64,000 bases of DNA. It comes from an uncultured Methanosarcinales archaeon (lineage in GTDB: Archaea > Nanobdellota > Nanobdellia > Woesearchaeales > CAZOXR01). The number at the start of each line of letters is the position of its first letter. Position 1 is the stretch's first letter. The notes beneath the pieces were generated by a model that saw only the letters and a program-made list of their open reading frames with translations, searched no databases and had not been told where the DNA came from. A program made the position numbers and the translations under genes. The stretch covers positions 183,751-247,750 of the forward strand of contig CAZMIO010000001.1 in the NCBI GenBank assembly GCA_964566535.1. The letters run 5' to 3'. This document shows positions 16,645 to 26,075 of this stretch, one piece after another.

Positions 16645-18885
16645 TTGAGTAGGTATAAGTGGAAGTGGTGTTGTAATATTGTAAGGCGCACAAAAAAGAG
16701 GGTAGGGAGATCTATTATTGACTGGCGTAAAAATAGGGCTAGGTCAAGGTCAGAAAGAGAGGAGATAGAAAGACGTCTTAAAGAGTACGAATCAGATGTT
16801 AAATCTGAGACAAAGAGTTTTAAGAGATTTTCTAGTCATCAAAGAGAAAAGCGTAAATTAGTAGTGGATATAAAACGATTGTGGAATAAAAAGTGGGAAA
16901 GAGCTGACCATGTGCTTAAACATGATTTGCCACGTATAATTCACTCTCAAATTCATTTTTTAACAGGATTAAATGAAAGTTTAGAGGATTCTTCTCTTAT
17001 TGTTAGAGAGGTTTTTCAAACTCCTAATTATTCTGATAGGGAGGTTTTCAATGAAGAGATGAGTGAAGGAGTTACAGCTGAGAAAGGTGTTGTTGCTCAT
17101 GAGATGGTTGTGGGTGGAAATGACGGCATTGTCTCGATGATAAATTATCATACTGCTCAGATAGTTGAAGAAATTAGGCAATTAAAAGAATTGTTAATGA
17201 GGGAGCTTGATGAACTAGAGAGACATACGTCTTGGGAGACAGTTGCTCAAGGAGATTTGATAACGCGCATTGATGAGCAAGATAATATAGTTAGTAATGT
17301 TAGAGAAGTATTGGGGAGATTAATTATAGACTCTCATGCATTGATATCGGAGGAGGAAGGTAGGAGAGAAGAGGAGAGAAAAAGAGTTGAAGAAGAGGAA
17401 AAGATAAGGAAACGTAGACAAGAACGAGATGATAAGGAACAGGCTATGTATAATAGGAATGAACAAGGCATGTTAGAGAGGTTTAAAAGAGATGCGTCAA
17501 TTGAATATAGAAAACTGAGGATAATTCATGAGTTAGAAGATATCCATGAAAATAGGGAACTTCGTAGAATATATTTAAGATATTTATCTATTATGAGAGA
17601 GCACAACATTGCTGCGTTGAGTTATTTTAATTCATTAGATACAAGGCAGGTTTTAAGGCAAATTCCTGAGCCTAAGCCCACTACTAGGGTACTCTGGGGT
17701 TTGAAGAGAGACGTTATTGCGAACCTAAACAATCAAAATGAGTGTATAGCTGCATTAACTACTCAAATTACCAACGGAAGATATTATTTTAAACAGCATC
17801 TTGTTGAAGAGCATGGTCATGATGAAGCTGCTGCTCATAGAGATACGCACCTTTCTGAAAGGTTATATCAACTAATAGATCTGATTGGTAGGGAATTTTA
17901 TGCTTATAAGAAAAAGTTTGCTAGGTTGTTGAAACGTCCTTTAGTATTTTCTGTTCCTTGTTCTATCACAGGAAGAGAGTTGCCTTATTATGATGAGAGA
18001 AGTATGGACAATCTAATCAATGATTTGTTTGGACGAATTAGTGGAAGTCATACACCTTATGCTGATTATATCACTGAAGAAGAGATATTATGCACAAGAG
18101 ATGAGTATGAGCAGTATGATGATGCAAGGAAGAACCGTATTGAAAGAGTTAGAAGGAAAGTATTCGAATTATTTAAGCAAGAACTTGAGATAAATCCACG
18201 TGGAGCTAATATTCTTTTTCATAATCAAGATTTTGATAGTGCAGCCGAAATTGTAAAAAGAGGCTGTATTTCCTCAGGTCATGAATTAATGCGAAATGAG
18301 GGGGCTAACCTTCGAAGAATGCCAGTTGGAGTAGGATCGGCAATCTGGTTGGATTTTAATAATCCTCAAAATATGGGTTTTGGTTGGAGTAAATTCCAAA
18401 ATGGAGGAGTAGCTTTTGCTGTACCTGTATCGAAGGCATTGCACAATCAGTATATCATTAGGGTAAATAATGTTAATGGTATTGTTTTGTATTTACACAA
18501 AGAATTAGGAGGGGAACATACTGATAAAGTAGATGCATTGAATACAAAGGTTTTCATGAGAGACTCAATTGCAATGATTCCTGTTTCACTATTTAATGAA
18601 TGGGAGGCTATTTTTAAGGCAATTAGTAATAGGCCATATGTAACAATCTATATTGATACTGGATCTAGAAGCCCCTCTCATAGATTTGAGTTTGATAGTG
18701 ATCTTGTGAAAGGTGCTCCTAATCGTGTTTTGGTTCCTTTTTTACGCTCTCTTAACATTCCATTTAATCCAGTTGCTGGACATGCTGTAGGGTTTAGAGA
18801 CCAAAATACTTGGGTAGAAGGTACATCTTATGATATTAGGGGTAATTGTACTGACTATAAGGTATTTAATCCTGGTGATGAATAA
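16645..18885 (+). CDS. Large hypothetical protein: N-terminal Arg/Glu-rich coiled-coil and a C-terminal globular domain of unknown function
   Basis: 746-aa ORF 8 bp after the phosphoesterase; GC-richer composition; no recognisable catalytic motif. Confidence 0.4.
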   Translation: MSRYKWKWCCNIVRRTKKRVGRSIIDWRKNRARSRSEREEIERRLKEYESDVKSETKSFKRFSSHQREKRKLVVDIKRLWNKKWERADHVLKHDLPRIIHSQIHFLTGLNESLEDSSLIVREVFQTPNYSDREVFNEEMSEGVTAEKGVVAHEMVVGGNDGIVSMINYHTAQIVEEIRQLKELLMRELDELERHTSWETVAQGDLITRIDEQDNIVSNVREVLGRLIIDSHALISEEEGRREEERKRVEEEEKIRKRRQERDDKEQAMYNRNEQGMLERFKRDASIEYRKLRIIHELEDIHENRELRRIYLRYLSIMREHNIAALSYFNSLDTRQVLRQIPEPKPTTRVLWGLKRDVIANLNNQNECIAALTTQITNGRYYFKQHLVEEHGHDEAAAHRDTHLSERLYQLIDLIGREFYAYKKKFARLLKRPLVFSVPCSITGRELPYYDERSMDNLINDLFGRISGSHTPYADYITEEEILCTRDEYEQYDDARKNRIERVRRKVFELFKQELEINPRGANILFHNQDFDSAAEIVKRGCISSGHELMRNEGANLRRMPVGVGSAIWLDFNNPQNMGFGWSKFQNGGVAFAVPVSKALHNQYIIRVNNVNGIVLYLHKELGGEHTDKVDALNTKVFMRDSIAMIPVSLFNEWEAIFKAISNRPYVTIYIDTGSRSPSHRFEFDSDLVKGAPNRVLVPFLRSLNIPFNPVAGHAVGFRDQNTWVEGTSYDIRGNCTDYKVFNPGDE

Positions 18886-18928
18886 GTTTATTCAAACTTC
18901 ATCTTTCTATCTTTAACATCTTCTTTTG

Positions 18929-20104
18929 CTAATAGAATAACTCTTGATTCATCTTGAGTTGATTATTAACAACCGTAAATGGTCTTCTTAAAACAACTCT
19001 CAATTTATGTTTGTTTACCATTCTATTTAAGATTGTAGACATTATCCCATATCTCATTTTTAATTTGATCATTAATTCTCTTTTTGTAATAGGGGAATCA
19101 CACAATGAATATACTCTATTTTCAATACTTGTTGGATTATAGGGTGTACTGTAACACTCTATCATTTTTGATAGTTGGTTTTTCTTTATTTCAGAGTTAA
19201 AGCCAATCTTTTCTTTATAATCCTTTAATGAGTATACAATAAGGGTAAATTTTGAAGATCTTATTTTAGTCTTATATCTTATATTTAGATTATCTAAAAC
19301 CATTTGTACCCTTTTAATTCTCCTTACCCCTTTAATGCTCTGCCTTAAAATAATAGTACCATGTATATCTACATGTCCATCAGCATCAAAGAAACCTTTG
19401 GCATATTCTGATTGAACTTTCTTAGAAGCTCCACCTAAAAAATAATCTAACTTTTCTTCAATATTATTGAATAAATCATTTATTTTACTTCCTCCTATAT
19501 GTAGGATAACAAAACCTTCTTTTCTTTGGCGCTTAGAATAACTGATTATTCTTTCATTATTGAATGTCTCCTTAACTTTATCTACTAGGGCTGATTTTAT
19601 AGAATATGTATAAATTGACCATTTATTACTTGTTTTAATTAATTCATCAGTTATTTCTTTATATCTTAATAGCAAATCAATTTCTTTAGGTGAAGAACAC
19701 GCAGCAATTATTGGATTAGCTTTAGAACCATCTCCATCTCTATAACCAAAATACCAAGCTAACTTTTCATTTAGAACAAAACTAGAAGGTAATTCATAAT
19801 GTCCATTGTATCCTTGTGAATTGAAACTTATGATATTATTCCATATTTGTTCAATATTTAAATTTAGATAACTGAGGATTTTTAATAAATCTTTGAATGT
19901 AGGTTTAGTAGCTCCTCTTCGCCAGCAATTTATTGAATTCTTTTGATATCCTAACTCTTTTGCTAAATCTTTTGCAGATGTTCCTGCTTTTTGGATAGCT
20001 TCATTAAAGAGATTAGTTCTAAATTCTTTTTCCAAATTTAACCTAATATTATGAGGTAAAAAATCTTTTATGTGTATTTTTTGATAATGATTATTTGTAT
20101 TCAA
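18929..20104 (-). CDS. Free-standing double-motif LAGLIDADG homing-endonuclease-like protein with an N-terminal HTH (paralog A)
   Basis: HTH-like SAKDLAKELGYQKNSINCWRRG; LAGLIDADG motif 1 LAWYFGYRDGDGS and motif 2 AKGFFDADGHVD about 120 aa apart; acidic residues retained; possible C-terminal wHTH. Confidence 0.6.
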   Translation of the reverse strand: MNTNNHYQKIHIKDFLPHNIRLNLEKEFRTNLFNEAIQKAGTSAKDLAKELGYQKNSINCWRRGATKPTFKDLLKILSYLNLNIEQIWNNIISFNSQGYNGHYELPSSFVLNEKLAWYFGYRDGDGSKANPIIAACSSPKEIDLLLRYKEITDELIKTSNKWSIYTYSIKSALVDKVKETFNNERIISYSKRQRKEGFVILHIGGSKINDLFNNIEEKLDYFLGGASKKVQSEYAKGFFDADGHVDIHGTIILRQSIKGVRRIKRVQMVLDNLNIRYKTKIRSSKFTLIVYSLKDYKEKIGFNSEIKKNQLSKMIECYSTPYNPTSIENRVYSLCDSPITKRELMIKLKMRYGIMSTILNRMVNKHKLRVVLRRPFTVVNNQLKMNQELFY

Positions 20105-20126
20105 TTTAAATCACCGAATTATCCTC

Positions 20127-20215
20127 AGTTGAAACTATGTAAATGATTTATATACTTTCCGGGGGTCCATGTCCAGTGGGTTGTGGATGTAGAAAATCAT
20201 AATTTAATAGTTGAA
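20127..20215. promoter_or_regulatory. Family-1 upstream module, copy B, 5' of LAGLIDADG paralog A
   Basis: TTGAAACTATGTAAATGATTTATATACTTTCCGGGGGTCCATGTCCAGTGGGTTGTGGATGTAGAAAATCATAATTTAATAGTTGAAA; 90-bp near-identity to 22519..22608. Confidence 0.7.
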
Positions 20216-20290
20216 ACACCGTATGAGTGATTTAAAGTGGCAAATAAGAATGATCAATAGTTACAACGAGGATTTTTATGTTCAATGATA

Positions 20291-21229
20291 TTAATAATTT
20301 AAGAATCTACTCTCGAAGTTGTCTTTCATTAATAATACCACCCTACTTTCCTTCTTGTCATCTACAATTTTAAAGTTGGTTAATGAAGATATTTTCTTAG
20401 CAAAGTCGATTATTTCACTATGTATTGGCATATTAGTTATTTCTAGCCTTTGTTTAGAGTGTCCTACCCAGACATAAGCTTTTGCTTCAATGAATTGTGG
20501 AGATGCTTGTTTTATTAATTCAGCGTACTTTTCTGGCTTAATTAGATTTACGTCTTTTGCTAATGTTAAGCGTAAAGTGTTTCTTTTGAATTTGTTCATT
20601 AGGTTTATTGATTCTAATATTTTTTCCCATTGGTTTTTTACTAAGGGTGAGCAGATGCGTTCGTAAGTTTGCTCGTCAGGTGCTGGGAGAGTTATGTATA
20701 ACTGAGTTGGTTGTTGGTTGATTAATTGTTTTAACATTTCTGGGTTTGTTCCGTTTGTAACTAGGAAAGATGAGATTTTTCTATTTTTTAGTTCTTTGAT
20801 AAACTCTGGAAGTTTTGGATATAATGTTGGTTCTCCGCTTAGAGAGATTGCGAAGTGTAGTGGGTGTTGGGCTTCTGCATATTTTTCTCTGTCTGATTTA
20901 TCGGTTCCGCCAAAACCTTGAATGTATTTGACGTGTTCTTTTATGCAGTTGTCGATGATTTCGGATGGTTCGTCAACTGGCCCCGCCCATTTTGGTTGTG
21001 TAAACTCGATATCTCGCCAACACCAGTTACATCTATTTGAGCAGAATTGTAAAGCTGGAGTCATCTGGACGCATCTATGTGAGTTAATATTGTAGAAGGT
21101 TTTTTTGTAGCAGACGTCCTCGCACCTGATTGCTTTTTTTGTCCATAAGCATACCTTGATACTGCTATGATTACCAACTACCCTATACCCCTGTTTATAA
21201 AGATCTTTGACCTTCTCTTTTGTTAACAT
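20291..21229 (-). CDS. taw1: tRNA 4-demethylwyosine synthase Taw1/TYW1 (radical SAM)
   Basis: HRCVQMTP...CSNRCNWCWR (CX3CX2C); AISLSGEPTLYP; PTQLYITLPA; VGHS; ESRVVLL; all collinear with archaeal Taw1. Confidence 0.8.
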   Translation of the reverse strand: MLTKEKVKDLYKQGYRVVGNHSSIKVCLWTKKAIRCEDVCYKKTFYNINSHRCVQMTPALQFCSNRCNWCWRDIEFTQPKWAGPVDEPSEIIDNCIKEHVKYIQGFGGTDKSDREKYAEAQHPLHFAISLSGEPTLYPKLPEFIKELKNRKISSFLVTNGTNPEMLKQLINQQPTQLYITLPAPDEQTYERICSPLVKNQWEKILESINLMNKFKRNTLRLTLAKDVNLIKPEKYAELIKQASPQFIEAKAYVWVGHSKQRLEITNMPIHSEIIDFAKKISSLTNFKIVDDKKESRVVLLMKDNFESRFLNY

Positions 21230-22494
21230 GAACTCACCTTTAGATTTTTTAATGTATTAAATATCTCAATATTCTCTTTTTTGAAACATTTTTTATAATG
21301 CCCGAGTCTATCCAATTCTTGAGTTATATCTCTGAAAGAATCGAAATTCTCTTTAAACCATCTTAAACCTTTTTCTGTTGGTAAATGTAAAAAAGGATCA
21401 GAACCCTGACCTGTTCCATCTCTTGATAATAATTTTTGTTTGACAAATTCGGCTGCTGTTGCACTAGCATTGGATGGATGTATCCTAAAACAGTTAGCAA
21501 ATCGATTTATTGTTAAATTAGGAAATAGTAAAAAACTTGAAAAATATAATATATCATGTTCCCTAATCCTGTTTCCTTTAATCAATCCTTCTACCTCTTC
21601 TTTTTTCTTATGCGAAGGTATAAACGTTAATATATTTTTACTAAAAATATTAAAATCAGATTCCCTATTTGACCGATTATAGCCAATACTTACAAAATTT
21701 ATATAAAATTTTGGATTTTTAAAATTTAAATCTTTGATTATGTTAAGGACCAGGTTGATCTCCTTTTGATCAGTCATCCCCCATTGTAGTTTATTGCTTC
21801 TTTTATCTGCTGTTCCTTCCGCTGAAAAAAATCCTGCTAAAAATCTAAATTTAAATTCTTTTGAGCTTTTCCTTAGAATAAAATCAAAATTTTCAAATAC
21901 CTTGGTTAAGATGGTAGATAAAGGTGTATTTGCTAATCTGATTATAGCTGTCAAACCATTTGCTCCTTCTGATAAGTTGTTTGTTTTGTTGGGCTTGAAT
22001 TTAATTTTATTAAGGCCTACTTTGATTAAATTTTCTTTTAAATCTTTAATTCTTGATTCTAAAACTAAATTTCCGTATTGGATTCTTATATCACATTTAT
22101 TTATATCTTGATTTAAGGATTTCAAATAATCTACAAAATATTTTATATTTTCTATATCATTATTTCCAAATCCAATATGTTTTATTATCTTACTTCTTTT
22201 ATCAATTGATGTCAGACCATCTCCAATCCATAAACCTAAAAAAACAGGGTCTAAAGTAAATTCTTTAGGTACTATATTTGAAAACTTATTTCCTTTTCCC
22301 TGTGACTCTATTTCAATGATATCTTCATTTTCTGAGATTATATTCCAAACATTCCCTCCTTGTTTTCTTTGTCTTTGTTTTTTTTGGTTTACTAATGATC
22401 TTATTATTCTTTCACTATTTATTATTGGGTATCCATTTGTAAAATTTAAGTTATTCTTAAAATCTTCAATTTGTAATTTTTGATTAGTTTTCAT
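21223..22494 (-). CDS. Free-standing double-motif LAGLIDADG homing-endonuclease-like protein with a C-terminal extension (paralog B)
   Basis: Motif 1 VFLGLWIGDGLTS and motif 2 FLAGFFSAEGTADK about 125 aa apart; its stop overlaps the taw1 start by 7 nt (co-transcribed). Confidence 0.55.
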   Translation of the reverse strand: MKTNQKLQIEDFKNNLNFTNGYPIINSERIIRSLVNQKKQRQRKQGGNVWNIISENEDIIEIESQGKGNKFSNIVPKEFTLDPVFLGLWIGDGLTSIDKRSKIIKHIGFGNNDIENIKYFVDYLKSLNQDINKCDIRIQYGNLVLESRIKDLKENLIKVGLNKIKFKPNKTNNLSEGANGLTAIIRLANTPLSTILTKVFENFDFILRKSSKEFKFRFLAGFFSAEGTADKRSNKLQWGMTDQKEINLVLNIIKDLNFKNPKFYINFVSIGYNRSNRESDFNIFSKNILTFIPSHKKKEEVEGLIKGNRIREHDILYFSSFLLFPNLTINRFANCFRIHPSNASATAAEFVKQKLLSRDGTGQGSDPFLHLPTEKGLRWFKENFDSFRDITQELDRLGHYKKCFKKENIEIFNTLKNLKVSSC

Positions 22495-22518
22495 TTCAAA
22501 TTACCTACTTGCTTCTTG

Positions 22519-22608
22519 GTTGAGACTATGTAAATGATTTATATACTTTCCGGGGGTCCGTGTCCAGTGGGTTGTGGGATAGAAAATCATAATTTGATAG
22601 TTGAAATA
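22519..22608. promoter_or_regulatory. Family-1 upstream module, copy C, 5' of LAGLIDADG paralog B
   Basis: Same 90-bp element as copy B with 4-5 substitutions. Confidence 0.7.
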
Positions 22609-22705
22609 TTGTTTAAGGTGATTTAGATATAAAGGAAATTATTATCAAAAAAATATTTTAGTTGAATAGTTTAAATGAGGATATTTAGTTCATTATAATA
22701 GGGAA

Positions 22706-23248
22706 ATGAAAATATATATAAATGTTGATGAAAAACATGAATTTATGTCAATTAAAACTGCTGTTGAGAAGCTTGAATCACATGCTGAGTTCTTGAAATG
22801 GAAGGAAGGTCACAAAGATGCTTATTTGTCATATGCTTTTACTGTTCTTGAAGATGATAAAGGAATTGAATGGCAGATTGGTTTTTTTAATTCGGCAAGC
22901 GATAAGATTACAGCATTCACATTTAAGGGAGACGATATAGTTATTTGTGCTGATGAAGATGCTTTCAAGAAAGAAGAGAGTAAGATTCTAGAATTGGATA
23001 TGAATAAGGTTAAGATTAATGTTGATAATGCAATTAATAATGCTGAAGAGTTTCAGAAGAAAAAATATCCTAATGAAGTTTCAACAAAAGCGATAGTGAT
23101 ATTACAGAATCTTGCAAAAGAGGGGCTTGTTTGGAATATAACTTACATTACTAAGAGCTTTAATACTTTGAATTTGAAGATTAATGCTGAAGATGGGAAA
23201 GTAGTTAGTGACAAATTGTCGTCGATATTGGACTTTCAGAAGAAATAG
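22706..23248 (+). CDS. Hypothetical protein
   Basis: 180-aa ORF; no motifs recognised. Confidence 0.35.
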   Translation: MKIYINVDEKHEFMSIKTAVEKLESHAEFLKWKEGHKDAYLSYAFTVLEDDKGIEWQIGFFNSASDKITAFTFKGDDIVICADEDAFKKEESKILELDMNKVKINVDNAINNAEEFQKKKYPNEVSTKAIVILQNLAKEGLVWNITYITKSFNTLNLKINAEDGKVVSDKLSSILDFQKK

Positions 23249-23310
23249 TTAGACTGATACATTTTCTAGATATCCGTAAAATATTTTTTAAAACTGTCAG
23301 AAATTTAAAT

Positions 23311-23331
23311 TTCTGAGCATGCTCAAAAACC
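23311..23331. promoter_or_regulatory. Palindromic operator-like 20-mer TTCTGAGCATGCTCAAAAAC (core TGAGCATGCTCA) upstream of dut
   Basis: Exact reverse-complement recurrence at 47367..47386 and a degenerate copy at 55117; flanked by the TCAGAAATTTAAATTTCTGA palindrome. Confidence 0.5.
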
Positions 23332-23435
23332 GGTAAATATTTTTTAATAATTGGTTTTTGACATATAGTTTTAATCTCACATGTATTTATATAGGAGTAC
23401 GGTTTACTTCATTCTAGATTTTTTGGGGTGTTGTC

Positions 23436-23870
23436 ATGATTACTGTTAAAATACAAAAGATAAAAGATAATGCTGTTGTTCCTTCTTATGCTCACAAGGG
23501 TGATGCTGGTGTCGATTTATATTCTACTGAAGATTATGTTTTAAGTCCGGGCAATAAGATTTTAGTTTCTACTGGTATTAAGATTGCTTTGCCAATCGGT
23601 TATGAAGCTCAGGTAAGACCTAAGTCAGGACTTGCTTTGAAGCATGGCTTAAGTATTGTTAACACTCCAGGAACTATTGATGCTGGATACAGGGGAGAAG
23701 TAGGTGTGATTGTTATTAACCATGGGCAAGATGAATATAAGATTGAGAAAGGAAATAAGATTGCCCAAATGGTTTTTAACAAAATAGAAGAAGTTAATTT
23801 TGAAGAGTCCGGAGATTTAGATGATACAAGTAGAGGAGAGGGCGGGTTTGGCTCTACAACACTGAAATAA
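23436..23870 (+). CDS. dut: dUTP diphosphatase (dUTPase)
   Basis: The five dUTPase motifs are present: AGVDL, RPKSGLALK, GTIDAGYRGE, NKIAQMVF, RGEGGFGSTT. Confidence 0.85.
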   Translation: MITVKIQKIKDNAVVPSYAHKGDAGVDLYSTEDYVLSPGNKILVSTGIKIALPIGYEAQVRPKSGLALKHGLSIVNTPGTIDAGYRGEVGVIVINHGQDEYKIEKGNKIAQMVFNKIEEVNFEESGDLDDTSRGEGGFGSTTLK

Positions 23871-23907
23871 TTATTAATTCCAACACCCCCACGTATTGGA
23901 TTAACGG

Positions 23908-23934
23908 CTATGGCCATCTGGCCATAGTTTTTTC
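23908..23934 (+). terminator. Hairpin plus oligo-T terminator-like element downstream of dut
   Basis: CTATGGCCA-TC-TGGCCATAG perfect 9-bp stem followed by TTTTTT. Confidence 0.45.
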
Positions 23935-24177
23935 ACAATCAAAAAAAAGAGGCGATTTACTTTGGAAAACAAACCAATAAGTTATAACACAATAAAAAAG
24001 AACAAGACTTTAGAGGGATTTTTTTCTAAGAAAGAGAAAGAAACGGATAAGGTTGAGAAGAAAGAGTAGTTGACAAAATATTTTTATAAGAATCTATGTT
24101 CCCTTCTGTTATGCTTAATAAGGAGGGGGAAGCTACTGTAATAATTGTTATAGTATTTCTAGTTTTTATTCTGATAT

Positions 24178-24585
24178 TTGGGTTACTTGGGATTAGGCAA
24201 AGAGAGTGTAGTGGGAACAGTGAATGTGGCGATACAGAGTACTGTGGTTCTGATTTTTAGCTGTCACGAATATCCAAATATCCAGGTTACTCAAGTAGAT
24301 TATGTAAAGCCTGCTTTAATTGTAGGATTTGCTATAATAATTGGTGTTCTGATATTGAAGTTTGTTGATGTTGGTAAGATCAAGGATAGATTTGGAAGGA
24401 AGAAGGAAGAGAAAAAAACTGAAGTGAAGGAAGAGGGGAAACCCGAAGGTGAAGTTGTTAGTAATGGTTCAAATGTAACTTATTTTAACTATCCCCCATT
24501 TCCTTATCAATATTCTTTAGGCGGAAAGAGTGAGGATTCTTATAAAGATTCAGATAAGCAGTATAGTGATGATGAAGTTGTTTAA
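24178..24585 (+). CDS. Small hypothetical membrane protein; the start (TTG at 24178?) is uncertain and it may be a remnant
   Basis: One TM helix ALIVGFAIIIGVLILKF; overlaps a 54-aa Cys-rich small ORF at 24096..24260 in another frame. Confidence 0.25.
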   Translation: MGYLGLGKESVVGTVNVAIQSTVVLIFSCHEYPNIQVTQVDYVKPALIVGFAIIIGVLILKFVDVGKIKDRFGRKKEEKKTEVKEEGKPEGEVVSNGSNVTYFNYPPFPYQYSLGGKSEDSYKDSDKQYSDDEVV

Positions 24586-25241
24586 GTTAAGAGAATGTCT
24601 ATTTCTTTTTTTATTTGATTGAAAACTTCTTCTTTTGTTTTGGAAGCGTCAATTATTTTTATGTTGTCGGTTATATGTTGTTTTAGTTCTAAGAAGTTTT
24701 TTCTTAGAGTTTGCATGAATTCTAATTGTTCGAATTTCTCTTTTTGTTTTCCCCTGTTTCCTATTCGTTCTAATGCTATTTCTGGCGGGAGGTCTAGGAT
24801 GAATGCTATATCTGGTTGTTTGAAGTCTTTATTTAGTTCGATTACTTTGTTTAGTTCTATTCCTTGAGTGTGTTGAAAGGCTATGGTTGAGTAATAATAT
24901 CTATCGCAGATTACTATGTTTATATTAGTAGCGGAGTTTAGGAATGGTAGGATTGTTTCTTTGAGGTGGTCTTCACGGTCTTTTATGTATAAGTCTAAGA
25001 AGTTTTCTGCGTTTGCTTTTGGGTCTTTTTCTGTTTTTAGGAGTTCTCTGATTTCTTTTCCGTATTTGCCTGATGATGGTTCACGGGTTGATAGAATTTT
25101 GTAATCTTTGCTTTTTGAGAATAAGTAGTTATGTAATCTATTTATCATCTCTCCCTTTCCTGAACCGTCTAATCCGTCAAGAACTATGAATATGTTTTTC
25201 ATGGGTTTTGTTATTTGAGGTGTGTTTATTAATTTTTTCAT
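24582..25241 (-). CDS. tmk: Thymidylate kinase
   Basis: P-loop GLDGSGKG; DRY motif (ICDRYYYS); about 200 aa. Confidence 0.8.
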   Translation of the reverse strand: MKKLINTPQITKPMKNIFIVLDGLDGSGKGEMINRLHNYLFSKSKDYKILSTREPSSGKYGKEIRELLKTEKDPKANAENFLDLYIKDREDHLKETILPFLNSATNINIVICDRYYYSTIAFQHTQGIELNKVIELNKDFKQPDIAFILDLPPEIALERIGNRGKQKEKFEQLEFMQTLRKNFLELKQHITDNIKIIDASKTKEEVFNQIKKEIDILLT

Positions 25242-25250
25242 TAAGTTTAA

Positions 25251-25493
25251 CTATTTGTCATTCTCAACAAGAATATGATCCATGTATGAAGGATGAATTC
25301 CGTATCTTGTATCATTGACTCTTACGTAATAGGGTCCATTTCTAAAAGGGTGGCTTATAATAGAAATATCTGCTCCGCCTAATACTCCCATCTCCATTAA
25401 TCTTATTCTAGCTGGTTTGTCTAAATCTAATGTAATTCTTGAGACGGAATAGTTTTCACCAAACACTGCTTCACTTAATGGGCATTCATTCAT
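25251..25493 (-). CDS. FeoA/DtxR-C-like SH3 domain protein
   Basis: ARIRLMEMGVLGGADISII resembles the FeoA domain. Confidence 0.35.
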   Translation of the reverse strand: MNECPLSEAVFGENYSVSRITLDLDKPARIRLMEMGVLGGADISIISHPFRNGPYYVRVNDTRYGIHPSYMDHILVENDK

Positions 25494-25539
25494 TTTTTTA
25501 ATTTGTTGGAGATGATAATTGTTATTTAAATATTTTTAA

Positions 25540-25599
25540 TCATTACGGTTAATTTTGTTAATCATTGGTTAAACTTTTTTAATTATTAAATAAAAACGG
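25540..25599. repeat. Interspersed intergenic element family 2, degenerate copy 4, in the divergent promoter region before rpl7ae
   Basis: TCATTACGGTTAATTTTGTTAATCATTGGTTAAACTTTTTTAATTATTAAATAAAAACGG. Confidence 0.5.
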
Positions 25600-25723
25600 A
25601 GGGATTAATTAAACGAAAGGTTTTTAAACGTATTAAAATCACTCATACTCACCAATGATTAGTATGGTATGAACCATACATGAGGTATACAAATTCTCAT
25701 GTTTGTTACCCGGGGAGGAAAAA

Positions 25724-26074
25724 ATGACTGAAGAACCATCAAAAGAAATTATTGATAATGTATTGGAAGCTATTGAGTTAGCTAAAACTACAGGAAAATT
25801 AAGAAAGGGTACTAATGAAACTACAAAAGCACTAGAGAAAGGTACAGCAAAGCTTGTTGTAACTGCTAAAGACATTAGTCCACCAGAGATTGTAATGCAT
25901 ATTCCATTACTAGCTGAAGAAAAGGAAATACCCTGTGTACAGATTCCAAACAAAGAAGATCTTGGAGCTGCTGCTGGTATTGATGTTGGAACCGCAAGTG
26001 TTGCAATTGTCCAGGAAGGCGAAGCAAAGGACCTTATTAAAAAGGTTAAGGCTAGCTTAGGTGGAAAGAAGTAA
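25724..26074 (+). CDS. rpl7ae: Ribosomal protein L7Ae (K-turn binding; also a C/D and H/ACA sRNP component)
   Basis: KGTNETTKALEKGTAKLVVTAKDISPPEIV...IPCVQIPNKEDLGAAAG; GGAGG SD 6 nt upstream of ATG 25724. Confidence 0.9.
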   Translation: MTEEPSKEIIDNVLEAIELAKTTGKLRKGTNETTKALEKGTAKLVVTAKDISPPEIVMHIPLLAEEKEIPCVQIPNKEDLGAAAGIDVGTASVAIVQEGEAKDLIKKVKASLGGKK

Positions 26075-26075
26075 A

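Noticed and set aside
24096-24260. A 54-aa ORF encoding a TM helix plus a Cys-rich tail (RECSGNSECGDTEYCGSDF), overlapping the 24178 ORF in another frame. It could be a frameshifted or pseudogenised secreted Cys-rich peptide.
   Set aside because: It is too short and lacks supporting motifs. It cannot be distinguished from chance ORFs without comparative data.
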